Shown here one piece after another: positions 48,726 through 57,617 of a DNA stretch of 64,000 nt (positions are counted from its first letter, which is position 1; every line of letters begins with the position of its first letter). The translations under genes were made by a program, and so were the position numbers. Source of the stretch: Candidatus Micrarchaeota archaeon. GTDB lineage: Archaea; Micrarchaeota; Micrarchaeia; Micrarchaeales; Micrarchaeaceae. The notes beneath the pieces are model-generated. The model was given only the letters and a program-made list of their open reading frames with translations. It was not told the origin of the DNA and ran no database searches. The stretch is taken from assembly GCA_021827525.1 (NCBI GenBank), contig JAKAVJ010000013.1, positions 9,191-73,190 of the forward strand, in the 5' to 3' direction.

Positions 48726-49115
48726 TTAGGAGCAGGCTGCGGTTATGCTGGCCACGGAAGCCGAGCTTCCCATTATCAGGCCGAGCAGGAACGGCGCTAT
48801 CTCTGCTATTATCACGCCTATGACCCCTCCCAGGATCATGCCCATGCCGTATCCCTGAAGCGTCGACTTGCTCTGGCCGGGCATAATGTGCGAAGCTGCA
48901 TAGAGCGCCGCGCCGCCTATCATCAGTGCAAGTCCCAGTATGAATATTGCCGTGTGCACTACGGTGTATATTATGCATATCTGCGAAGTCACAGTGCTTA
49001 CTATGCTGTTCCCTGCCGCTGACATCGTCGCTATGAAGCTAAGCATCAGAAGAGGCAGCATCAGCACCTTAATGTTACGGCTTAACCAATCCAAAAGACC
49101 GAATATTTTTGGCAT
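48726..49115 (-). CDS. Small two-helix membrane protein with long leader; VirB2/TrbC/CedA1-like pilin candidate
   Basis: 129 aa. Leader ending ...SFIATMSAAG, then helix ICIIYTVVHTAIFILGLALMIGGAALYAA, polar loop SHIMPGQSKSTLQGYG, and helix MGMILGGVIGVIIAEIAPFLLGLIMG. First gene of the cluster. Confidence 0.6.
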   Translation of the reverse strand: MPKIFGLLDWLSRNIKVLMLPLLMLSFIATMSAAGNSIVSTVTSQICIIYTVVHTAIFILGLALMIGGAALYAASHIMPGQSKSTLQGYGMGMILGGVIGVIIAEIAPFLLGLIMGSSASVASITAACS

Positions 49116-49143
49116 TCATACACCATTGACTCTTTTACGATAG

Positions 49144-49153
49144 TTTATATATA
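49144..49153. promoter_or_regulatory. TATA-like box TTTATATATA in the divergent intergenic region
   Basis: Centred about 34 nt upstream of the 49115 start codon on the minus strand, implying a short or absent leader. It could also serve the plus-strand gene at 49226. Confidence 0.4.
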
Positions 49154-49225
49154 GATAATAATAAAAATCTTTCTTAGTGAAGGGATATGTCCAGGTTTGG
49201 AGAATAAACGCATTATGGTTTTTTT

Positions 49226-51142
49226 ATGCAGATGCCGCAGTGGAAAGAGGATAAGGTTTACATGCTGATGTTCATGGTATCGATCGTGCTGCTTCTCTTC
49301 TCCGATGTCTCTATATTTACATACGGCTATCTCTCCGAGCAGCTCATGGCTGTCTCTTCTGCGCTGCTTGCATCTTTCTTTGTCTTCGCCATCACCTTCC
49401 TGGCTTATGGCGGTGCATACAGGAGAATTGCCCTTACAGCAAGCTTCATTGCGATGGTCGCCAGCATGGCCGCCTCGTACGCAATCCTTTATAGCATTGG
49501 ATATAGCTTCCTGTCCATAGCTAGCCTGATGCTGGACTACCCATTTACGTTTTTCCTGACGATCGCCCTGGTGCTATTCATATCCATAGGGAGGTATGCA
49601 GGCACATTCAAGATGTCCAAAAGGGCGAAGATGGCAGTTGCTCTCTCCATAGTGGTCATAATAGCGGTGCTGATGTGGTACTTCTACTTTTCAGGCAAGC
49701 TGATAAGCTCCAGCGTACCGGACGATGAGGAATTCCTAGCGCTGCATGCAGTGCAGAGCCTGATTTCTGGGTCCAATCCTTATGCCATGAACGTGTCTGC
49801 GCTTGAGCTATATGAATATCTACACGTAAATGGCAGCGTGGGCCTGCCAACGCTCACGACTTACAATAGGGTTGTGGGCTTCATGGACTATCCTGACCTG
49901 TACTTCCTCTCCCTCGTCCCGTTCTACATCCTGGCCAAGCCGTCGGTATACAGCTATTCGCACATATACATGCTCTACAGCTATGCATTATTCATGCTAA
50001 TTTTCCTCGTCGCGCTTGTATATGCTATTGAAAAGGATTACATAAGGCGTCCCAATTACTGGATAATAGTATTCGCAGCCATGTTCATGCTCTACATCTC
50101 CTCGGTTGTTGACTTCCTCATGTTCGCCCTGCTGCTGTTCGCATACAAGTACATAGACAACAAATACGCGTTCGTCCTGCTTGGCGTCGCAGCGTCTTTC
50201 CAGGAGGAGCTATGGATACCTGTGGTCCTGCTTGTGGCACTGAGGTTCAACAAGGGAATAGCAAAGGGCCTTTGGACAGCGGCTGGGACTGCCGCTACGT
50301 TCCTCGCAGTCAATGCGTACTTCATACTCCTCGCGCCGGGCCTCTATATCAGGGATGTTTTCGCACCGGTTGGAAACCTCCTATTCCCAAGCCCGTATGG
50401 CGTTTTTGGCTACATGCTTTTATATGCGTATCCGATGCCTCTGGGGGCGTTCTCGGTGCTGTTCTATTCGGTCATAATCGCAGGGGCCATATCGCTGGCG
50501 TATTCAGGCAGGAAGCTCCTGGTGGGAGTACTGAGCCTGCTGCCGCTTATGTTCCTTTATCACAGCATACCGACGTATTACTTCTTCTTCGGCACGTTTG
50601 CAGCGGTTAGCCTATATATTGGAAGGAATTCGCCCCCGAGCCTAAAGCGCAGGTCAGGCATTATGGCACATAGGAAGCGCTACAAGGCTCTCGCAGTCGC
50701 AGCAATAGTGCTCATAGTCGCATTCGATTCCGCATATGTATATGTGCAGCATGAGGCATATTCCAGCGCCAATCCTTTCGGGACTGTAAGCGGCAGCATC
50801 GTGCATGTGCATAACGAGACGTATTATAACCTGAGCGTGCGGTATCGTTCCAGCAGCGGCGCAAACTATTCCATATTTGCATACACATTCAACCGGGGCT
50901 TACGCATGATACCGAATGCCTACGGCCTCTTAAACCAGTCAGTATTGAAGGCGGGCGGGTCCGACAAGGTCAATGAAAGCGATTATGCAAGCCCTGTAAA
51001 TCCAAATGTCGCAAGGTTCCTGCCTGACAGTGAATCAAATCTGTCTCTGGAACTGGACAATTCCACCATAACCACGGCGGTGTGTAACATTTATTACAGG
51101 GGCTTCTACTACATCTGCCCAGCAACAACCTTACACAATTGA
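49226..51142 (+). CDS. Polytopic membrane protein with extracellular C-terminal domain, GT-C-like glycosyltransferase candidate
   Basis: More than 10 TM helices. Loop motif VPDDEEFLALHAVQSLISGSNPY (acidic motif plus G..PY, as in GT-C families). Sequon-rich C-terminus. Confidence 0.4.
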   Translation: MQMPQWKEDKVYMLMFMVSIVLLLFSDVSIFTYGYLSEQLMAVSSALLASFFVFAITFLAYGGAYRRIALTASFIAMVASMAASYAILYSIGYSFLSIASLMLDYPFTFFLTIALVLFISIGRYAGTFKMSKRAKMAVALSIVVIIAVLMWYFYFSGKLISSSVPDDEEFLALHAVQSLISGSNPYAMNVSALELYEYLHVNGSVGLPTLTTYNRVVGFMDYPDLYFLSLVPFYILAKPSVYSYSHIYMLYSYALFMLIFLVALVYAIEKDYIRRPNYWIIVFAAMFMLYISSVVDFLMFALLLFAYKYIDNKYAFVLLGVAASFQEELWIPVVLLVALRFNKGIAKGLWTAAGTAATFLAVNAYFILLAPGLYIRDVFAPVGNLLFPSPYGVFGYMLLYAYPMPLGAFSVLFYSVIIAGAISLAYSGRKLLVGVLSLLPLMFLYHSIPTYYFFFGTFAAVSLYIGRNSPPSLKRRSGIMAHRKRYKALAVAAIVLIVAFDSAYVYVQHEAYSSANPFGTVSGSIVHVHNETYYNLSVRYRSSSGANYSIFAYTFNRGLRMIPNAYGLLNQSVLKAGGSDKVNESDYASPVNPNVARFLPDSESNLSLELDNSTITTAVCNIYYRGFYYICPATTLHN

Positions 51143-51222
51143 TGGTGGAAAATGGAAAATGATATATAGTGTGCACAACAATACTTATCTGTCAGGTTTA
51201 AGCTTTAGAAGAAGGGTATAGC

Positions 51223-52929
51223 ATGTATGTATTGGGAGTATGGGACCAGCACGATGCCGGCGCGGCGCTCATAGACGATAAAAAGGTAGTATTCGCAGCA
51301 AACGAAGAGAGGTTCACCAAGCGGAAGCTGGAGATGAAGTTCCCGGTGCATTCAATACATGCGGCGCTCAACTTTGCTGGGCTGAAGCCCGGAGACATAG
51401 AGCACATAGCAGTGAGCACCACCGAGCTCACCAAGACGCTCGAGAGGCTGATGCCCTATTCGAGGGAATACTATTACAATTTCAGAAGGAGGAAGATACC
51501 TAAGCCTATGTTCGAGAACTTCAGGCACAACCTCAAGTATTCCATGACAGGCGTGGGCATATTGCCTGGCACAACAGCGCTGAGCAAGTACCTCCTTGCC
51601 AGGGAGCTGAGGCACATGGGCTTCAGGAAGTTCAAACTCCACGTAGTTGAACACCATGTAGCGCACGCGGCCTCTGCCGCGTTCACATCAGGACTCAGGA
51701 AGTCGCTCGTAATAACTCTTGATGGATTGGGCGATGGGCTGTCAGGATCAATAAGCGTATTTGAGAACGGGAATCTGGAGAGGCGCTTGCGCATACCGGC
51801 CAGGGATTCACTAGGGATCTTCTTCGAACAGGTCACAAACATAGTAGGCATGAGAGAGCTTGAGGACGAGGGCAAGGTGATGGCTATGGCCGATTACTCA
51901 TACCCGTTCGACATCGAGGAGAACAGGATGAAGGACTTCTTCAAGATAGAAGGCACAAACATAATGGCCAAGTACAGCCCTGTCAAGCAGTTCAGCGTGC
52001 TGCAGAAGATTGCGTGGTCGCTGCCAAGGGAGCAATTCGCATACATGGCGCAGCAGCTTCTTGAAGCCGCTATGCTGAAGTTTGTCGGCAACGCCATAAG
52101 CAGGTACAATATAGGAGATGTCGTGATGGCGGGCGGCACTTTCTCCAACGTCAAGGCGAACATGATGCTCAGGGGGATCGATGCCCTCAAGCATTGGTAC
52201 ATATTCCCACATATGGGGGATGGTGGAATTGCCCTAGGTTCGGCGATGTACGTCGGGCACATGCTTGCAGGAACCACATCGTATTCATTCAGCCCGTACC
52301 TTGGCAACATGTATACTGACGAAGAGACAGCCAGGGTGCTGAAGGGCGAGAGGCAGTTTGCAGTGCAGGAGGAAGGCCAGACCGAGCAGGCATCGCATGC
52401 TGCAGAGCTGATAGATAAGGGCAATTACGTATTCTGGTTTCATGACAGGATGGAGTACGGCCCCAGGGCGCTCGGCAACAGGAGCATATTGGCGCCCACA
52501 GGCTCTGACGAAGTGAAGGACAAGCTCAATATGTACGTCAAGAAACGCGAATGGTTCCAGCCGTTCGCGCCTTCGATCCTCGAGGAGGATGCAGCAAGAG
52601 TGCTCGAATATGATGGCAAGGGCGCCGACAAGTTCATGACGATGGCGTACATGGTCAAGAAGGATATGCAAGGGCTGACAAAAGCGGTCATGCACATAGA
52701 CGGGTCGGCGAGGCCGCAGATGGTAGGAGAGGAGAATCCGCTTTATTACAGGCTTCTTAAGGGGGTGAAGAACAGGTCAGGTGTAGGAATGGTGCTTAAC
52801 ACAAGCTTCAACATACATGGCATGCCGATAGTGCTGAGCCCCTATGATGCGGCCGAGACCATGAAGAAGACCAGAACGAAGTACATGTTCATAAACGGCT
52901 TTTTCGTTACCAACAAGGCTGGTGTGTGA
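51223..52929 (+). CDS. Carbamoyltransferase, NodU/CmcH family
   Basis: N-terminal ILG..DQHDAGAALIDD...ANEERFTKRK and VVEHHVAHAASAAF, characteristic of NodU/CmcH O-carbamoyltransferases. Confidence 0.85.
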   Translation: MYVLGVWDQHDAGAALIDDKKVVFAANEERFTKRKLEMKFPVHSIHAALNFAGLKPGDIEHIAVSTTELTKTLERLMPYSREYYYNFRRRKIPKPMFENFRHNLKYSMTGVGILPGTTALSKYLLARELRHMGFRKFKLHVVEHHVAHAASAAFTSGLRKSLVITLDGLGDGLSGSISVFENGNLERRLRIPARDSLGIFFEQVTNIVGMRELEDEGKVMAMADYSYPFDIEENRMKDFFKIEGTNIMAKYSPVKQFSVLQKIAWSLPREQFAYMAQQLLEAAMLKFVGNAISRYNIGDVVMAGGTFSNVKANMMLRGIDALKHWYIFPHMGDGGIALGSAMYVGHMLAGTTSYSFSPYLGNMYTDEETARVLKGERQFAVQEEGQTEQASHAAELIDKGNYVFWFHDRMEYGPRALGNRSILAPTGSDEVKDKLNMYVKKREWFQPFAPSILEEDAARVLEYDGKGADKFMTMAYMVKKDMQGLTKAVMHIDGSARPQMVGEENPLYYRLLKGVKNRSGVGMVLNTSFNIHGMPIVLSPYDAAETMKKTRTKYMFINGFFVTNKAGV

Positions 52930-54674
52930 TGTTCGGTGCAGGCGTCGAGGAATACATATTAACGCTCGGGGTCATTGTCTCATTCATAGGCTTCCTTTTC
53001 TTTGCCGCAAGAAGCAGGAGAGATATATCGCAGGCGTTGAAAAGTTCGGGCATAGACGGCAGGATGCTGCTGGCGGCGGCCGCAGTGGTTCTCCTGTTCC
53101 TAGCCCTTGAAATTTCTCTCGTGAAGCCGACGCAGCAGCTCTTCTTTGATGACGTGCTGTACCAGGGTGGGGCGCTTGACCTGCTTCACACAGGCCAGGC
53201 ATGGCAATGCAACTTCGGCTCGCCTACGCAGTGCTTCACCGGGCTGGTGTTCCATGAACCAATCGGCACGTCATTCAACATAGCAATCGCGTTCGCAGTT
53301 GCGGGCGTGCACCAGTACTCGGCGTACGGCATGTTCCTTTTCCTCAGCGCCCTCTCCGTGCTGCTCGTCTTCCTCATATCGATGCTCATATTCAGGGAGT
53401 TCTTATACAGCATATTCGCCGAGCTCATGTTTTCATTGAGCCCGGTTCTGCTTGTCTGGGCGCTGCCTACAACCTCAGACCTCACCATGCTCACCTATTC
53501 TCTCATCGCGGTTTTCGCGGCGGCGCTGTTCACATACAGGAAAAATCTTAACACGTTCGGCATGCTCATGTTCTCCATACCTTTATTGATGTACATGAAG
53601 GTCGATGCTGCAATATTCCTGGTTCTCATACCCCTGATGTATATAATGCTGGATGATGAATCGCTGTCAAAATCGTTGCGCAACAACATAAGGCGCATAC
53701 AAGAGAATATATTCAACACCAGGGTGCTGATCGTTGTGCTGTTTTTTGTAATAGCAGTTTCTGCGGAGTTCATGTACACAGCTGGAGAATACAGAGTTGG
53801 GACATATCGCTACAATAATACTGTCATACCGAACACCTGCGCACCTGCTAGCCCGGCGTATGTGAATGTGACGCAAAACATCGACTTCCAGAATTTCGAG
53901 GCTAACGTCTGCGCCAACACGCTTTTCTGGTTCGATGCATTCCAGGGAGGCAATGGATCCTACCATATAATGCAGCCCGTGTTCTTTACGTTCCTTGCGG
54001 CAATAGGCGCAATCGCTATGCTAGCTTACCGCAGGAAGCAGGCGATTTCGCTCCTGATATGGTTCTTCGTCTTCTTCGCCATTTACACGTCGTTCTATGC
54101 CGGCGCGGTGACATACGGAGTGGACTGGAGGTTCGTGCTGAGCATGATAACACAGGTTAGCATGTTTGGTGGGTTCGGTGCCGGTGCCATTATACTGGCT
54201 TCGAGAAGATGGGCTGGAATGAGGGGCTTTGCTCTCTCCCTGGCAGTAGTGGCGCTGCTTATTGCGTATTCGTTCTACACCATGGCGCCGAGCTTAGGCA
54301 TTAACCCATCCTCCATACCGCAGGCCCAGCAGGCGCGGTTCTACCAGAATTTCGTATATGGCAATGCGAAATCGATACCCGCATCATGCCTGGTTTTCAG
54401 CTTCGACCCCGAGCTCTTCAACCTGAATAACAGGAGCGCTATACAGTTCGGCAACATAACGAGCGCTTATACCCAGTCAGGCCTTGCCGCCTACCATGAC
54501 AAGTATCCGTGCCTGGTGGTCGATTACGGCTATTGGTGCTATACCTCCGGGTTCGAGGGGCTTTGCCACACGGTAAGCAGCACCTTCAACCTGACACAAA
54601 TAGCAACGGCCAGAGACAACTACTCCGGCTTTGCATATGCCTACGGCTTCTACAGGATAGATGGCTTGAAATAG
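52926..54674 (+). CDS. Polytopic membrane protein, GT-C-type (PMT/ArnT-like) glycosyltransferase candidate
   Basis: First loop FFDDVLYQGGALDLLHTGQ. More than 10 TM helices. Its start overlaps the carbamoyltransferase stop (GTGATG). Confidence 0.45.
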   Translation: MMFGAGVEEYILTLGVIVSFIGFLFFAARSRRDISQALKSSGIDGRMLLAAAAVVLLFLALEISLVKPTQQLFFDDVLYQGGALDLLHTGQAWQCNFGSPTQCFTGLVFHEPIGTSFNIAIAFAVAGVHQYSAYGMFLFLSALSVLLVFLISMLIFREFLYSIFAELMFSLSPVLLVWALPTTSDLTMLTYSLIAVFAAALFTYRKNLNTFGMLMFSIPLLMYMKVDAAIFLVLIPLMYIMLDDESLSKSLRNNIRRIQENIFNTRVLIVVLFFVIAVSAEFMYTAGEYRVGTYRYNNTVIPNTCAPASPAYVNVTQNIDFQNFEANVCANTLFWFDAFQGGNGSYHIMQPVFFTFLAAIGAIAMLAYRRKQAISLLIWFFVFFAIYTSFYAGAVTYGVDWRFVLSMITQVSMFGGFGAGAIILASRRWAGMRGFALSLAVVALLIAYSFYTMAPSLGINPSSIPQAQQARFYQNFVYGNAKSIPASCLVFSFDPELFNLNNRSAIQFGNITSAYTQSGLAAYHDKYPCLVVDYGYWCYTSGFEGLCHTVSSTFNLTQIATARDNYSGFAYAYGFYRIDGLK

Positions 54675-54683
54675 AAACGCTCC

Positions 54684-55364
54684 TCAGCCTATGTTCCTGA
54701 GTATCGTCCTCAATATCCTGAAGCCGTCCCTTACGGTATGCAGCTTGGCTTCGCCGTTCTCCCGCCGCTTCTCGTAGCTCGGCACCTCCAATGTCTTGAG
54801 ACCGCTCTTCTTCGCTTTTATGTTTATCTCTGTCTCTATTCCGAAGCCCTTCTCCTTTAGGTCCAGCTTTCTCAGGGCTTTCCTCGAAAAGCTCCTGTAG
54901 CCGTAGCACAGGTCAGTGTATCTTGTGCCGTAGAGCAGGTTCACTATGTGCACGAACGCCTTGTTGCCCAACACGCGCAGCTTCGGCATGTCTTCCGACC
55001 CTCCTCCGGTAAGGAACCTTGACCCAAGGCATACATCGTATCCGGATTCTATGCCTGTTACCAGAAGCGGTATCTCCTTAGGCTTGTTTGACAGGTCTGC
55101 ATCCATGGATATTATTATATCGCCCTTTGCTGCATGCATTCCCCTCACCAGCGCTGAGCCCTTGCCATAATCGTCGTACATGATTTTCGCGCCCATCGAT
55201 CTAGCTATGCGCACCGTCCTGTCCTTTGAATGCCCGTCAACGACTATTATCTCGTAGCTGTACCTGCTGAGCTCACCCTTAAGCTTGCGCATCAGCTCCG
55301 CTATGTTCTTCTCCTCGTTGAGTGTCGGTATCACTATGCTCACATGCGGTTTCAAAGTACGCAC
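54684..55364 (-). CDS. Family-2 glycosyltransferase, dolichyl-phosphate sugar synthase (Dpm1-like)
   Basis: VSIVIPTLNEE, IIVVDGHSKDRT, ISMDADLS. Confidence 0.8.
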   Translation of the reverse strand: MRTLKPHVSIVIPTLNEEKNIAELMRKLKGELSRYSYEIIVVDGHSKDRTVRIARSMGAKIMYDDYGKGSALVRGMHAAKGDIIISMDADLSNKPKEIPLLVTGIESGYDVCLGSRFLTGGGSEDMPKLRVLGNKAFVHIVNLLYGTRYTDLCYGYRSFSRKALRKLDLKEKGFGIETEINIKAKKSGLKTLEVPSYEKRRENGEAKLHTVRDGFRILRTILRNIG

Positions 55365-55522
55365 CGGTGGTGTATCTGCAGTGTGGTTGCGCTGCTGCGG
55401 CCCATCCTCTTGTATAATGCCTCCTTATGTATATATTTGTTAGCCTTACATTCCGGCATACTTAAATATCTAAAAAACAGAGTATACCATGTGAATATAC
55501 AGGAAGAGGGTGCATATCTGAA

Positions 55523-56584
55523 ATGTCTGTAGAGAGGATGATGGGCTTGGGCATGACCGCCCTCGAATCCAATTTCCGCACGCTCAGGAAGCCCTATAAG
55601 CTAAATTTTGCAGTGACATATTGGTGCCAGTCGCGCTGCCTCACGTGCAATATATGGCAGATGAAGCCAAAGGGAGAGCTCAATATCGACGAGATACGCA
55701 GTTTCGCGGGCAAGAACCCGTACTTCAAATGGATAGAGCTAACAGGTGGAGAGGTATTCATGCGCAGCGACCTTGTCGAGATTGCCAAGGCCTTCAGCGA
55801 AAGCTCGAAGCATCTCTACATACTGACAATGCCTACTAATTCCCTGTCCAACCATGACTTGATGTTCAGGGAGCTTGAGGAGATACTCGCCCTCGGCATA
55901 CCGAGGGTAGCGATAACTGTCAGCCTTGACGGCTATAGGGAACTGCATGACAGGATACGCGGCGTGCCGGGCAACTACGACAAGGCAATAGACACATTCA
56001 GGAGGCTGCAGGAAATGAAGAAGGAGCACAGCAACCTGTATTTCGTTTTCGGGTACACAATGAGCAAGTTCAACCAGGGCGAATTCGCCAAGACGTTCGA
56101 AGCCGTCAAGCGCGACATACCCTCGGTAAGCTATAACGATTTCCATATCAATCTGGGCCAGATATCTGATAATTACTACGGCAATTCCAATCTTGATATA
56201 AAGCCGAACGATTCGAAAGTTCTTGAGGAGCTAGGGTCGATAATCAGGAGCAGAAAGAAGGAATACGGGGCCATATCGCTAATAGAATCTGCCTTCCTTA
56301 GGAAGCTTGTGGAATACGCGAGGACGGGTAAGACGCCTATGAGGAGCAAGAGCCTCGAAGCGTCGCTGTTCCTTGACAGCTATGGCAATGTCTACCCCTC
56401 GATAATGTGGAACAGGAAGATAGGCAATATACGCGATACGAGATACAGCCTCGAGGCTATGTGGAACAGCAGCGACGCGAAGGAGGTAAGGAGGCTCATA
56501 CGCGAAGGCAAAGAGCCGAGCCAGTGGACATCCTGCGAGGCGTACCAGAGCATAATAGGCAGGATACCCAGCCTGCTCATCTGA
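55523..56584 (+). CDS. Radical SAM enzyme
   Basis: CQSRCLTCNIW (CxxxCxxC) near the N-terminus, followed by GGEVFMR. Confidence 0.8.
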   Translation: MSVERMMGLGMTALESNFRTLRKPYKLNFAVTYWCQSRCLTCNIWQMKPKGELNIDEIRSFAGKNPYFKWIELTGGEVFMRSDLVEIAKAFSESSKHLYILTMPTNSLSNHDLMFRELEEILALGIPRVAITVSLDGYRELHDRIRGVPGNYDKAIDTFRRLQEMKKEHSNLYFVFGYTMSKFNQGEFAKTFEAVKRDIPSVSYNDFHINLGQISDNYYGNSNLDIKPNDSKVLEELGSIIRSRKKEYGAISLIESAFLRKLVEYARTGKTPMRSKSLEASLFLDSYGNVYPSIMWNRKIGNIRDTRYSLEAMWNSSDAKEVRRLIREGKEPSQWTSCEAYQSIIGRIPSLLI

Positions 56585-56590
56585 TTGCAG

Positions 56591-57583
56591 TCATGCGTCT
56601 TGCAAGCCCATGCTGCTTATCTGCTTGCCTAGGTTCCTGAAATCTTCCTCTATCTTGGGCATGTTCGACTTGATCCTCACAGCTGCAGCGGGATGCAGGC
56701 TCAAGAAATAGCTTACGCCGTCCTTCTCGAGCATAGTGCCATGGACCGACGATATGCTCTTTATCCCTAGGACTTCCTTCGCAGCGACAGCGCCGAGAAG
56801 CACCACCAGCCTGGGCTTTATTATATCGATCTGCCTGTGCAGGAAGCTCCTGCATGCCGATATCTCCTTATCAGTAGGGATGCGGTTCTTCGGAGGGAAG
56901 AACTGCACAACGCTCGTTATGTACGTGTCTTCCCTCTTCAGCCCTGAAGAGCGTATGAGCGCGCTCAGCAGCTGGCCGCTCCTGCCTATGAAGGGGCGGC
57001 GCTCCGCATCCTCTTGCGCTCCAGGCGCCTGGCCTACGAACATCACCTTCGCGTTCAGCGGACCTTCGCCCGGCACGAAAACCCTGCTGAGGTTCCATGG
57101 GCTTATACTGCTTGGCAGCGACGAGTATTCGGCATTGAGCTCCGACATCCTGGCCTTGCGCATTATATATTCGTATGCGCACTGGAGTACGCCGATCTGC
57201 CAGCCGCTTTTTATTGCGTCCAATGCATCCCTATAGCTCATCCATGCATACCCTGTGTGCTCATTCGATATTATGACCTTCGCAGCGCTGCCAACTTCTG
57301 CGATGAATACTGTGAGCTCTTTCTCTTCCTTTTTTCCTTTGCCCGCATCTATCTCGTATACTGTGCTGCACCTGAAGTATCGGTCTATGCTGCCGGCGAG
57401 GTTGAGTCCCGATTCTTCGAGTGCTTCCCGCAGCGCGGCTTCCGCTTTGCCCTCACCATTTTTGATATGGCCTTTGGTTATGTCTAGCCAGCCTTCCCTC
57501 CTTTTCAGGAAAAGGAACACCGGTACGGATTTATTCATCTTGTATACAAGCATACCCGCATCGTGTTGCAATGTTGTCACCAT
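56591..57583 (-). CDS. Fusion protein: N-terminal Nudix hydrolase plus C-terminal family-4/5-type uracil-DNA glycosylase
   Basis: Nudix box GHIKNGEGKAEAALREALEESGL. UDG motif A GEGPLNAKVMFVGQAPGAQEDAERRPFIGRSGQLL and motif B region LSLHPAAA. Confidence 0.8.
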   Translation of the reverse strand: MVTTLQHDAGMLVYKMNKSVPVFLFLKRREGWLDITKGHIKNGEGKAEAALREALEESGLNLAGSIDRYFRCSTVYEIDAGKGKKEEKELTVFIAEVGSAAKVIISNEHTGYAWMSYRDALDAIKSGWQIGVLQCAYEYIMRKARMSELNAEYSSLPSSISPWNLSRVFVPGEGPLNAKVMFVGQAPGAQEDAERRPFIGRSGQLLSALIRSSGLKREDTYITSVVQFFPPKNRIPTDKEISACRSFLHRQIDIIKPRLVVLLGAVAAKEVLGIKSISSVHGTMLEKDGVSYFLSLHPAAAVRIKSNMPKIEEDFRNLGKQISSMGLQDA

Positions 57584-57617
57584 TGGATAGAACCCTATAT
57601 CGGAATAAGTCCTTATA

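Noticed and set aside
32372-49115. Interpretation of the big cluster as an integrated conjugative plasmid/ICE, or as a type IV pilus/archaellum locus
   Set aside because: There is no integrase, relaxase, replication gene, att repeat or compositional shift to support an ICE. There is no PilB/FlaI-type ATPase, FlaJ/TadC platform protein or class III signal peptide on the small subunit to support a type IV filament locus.
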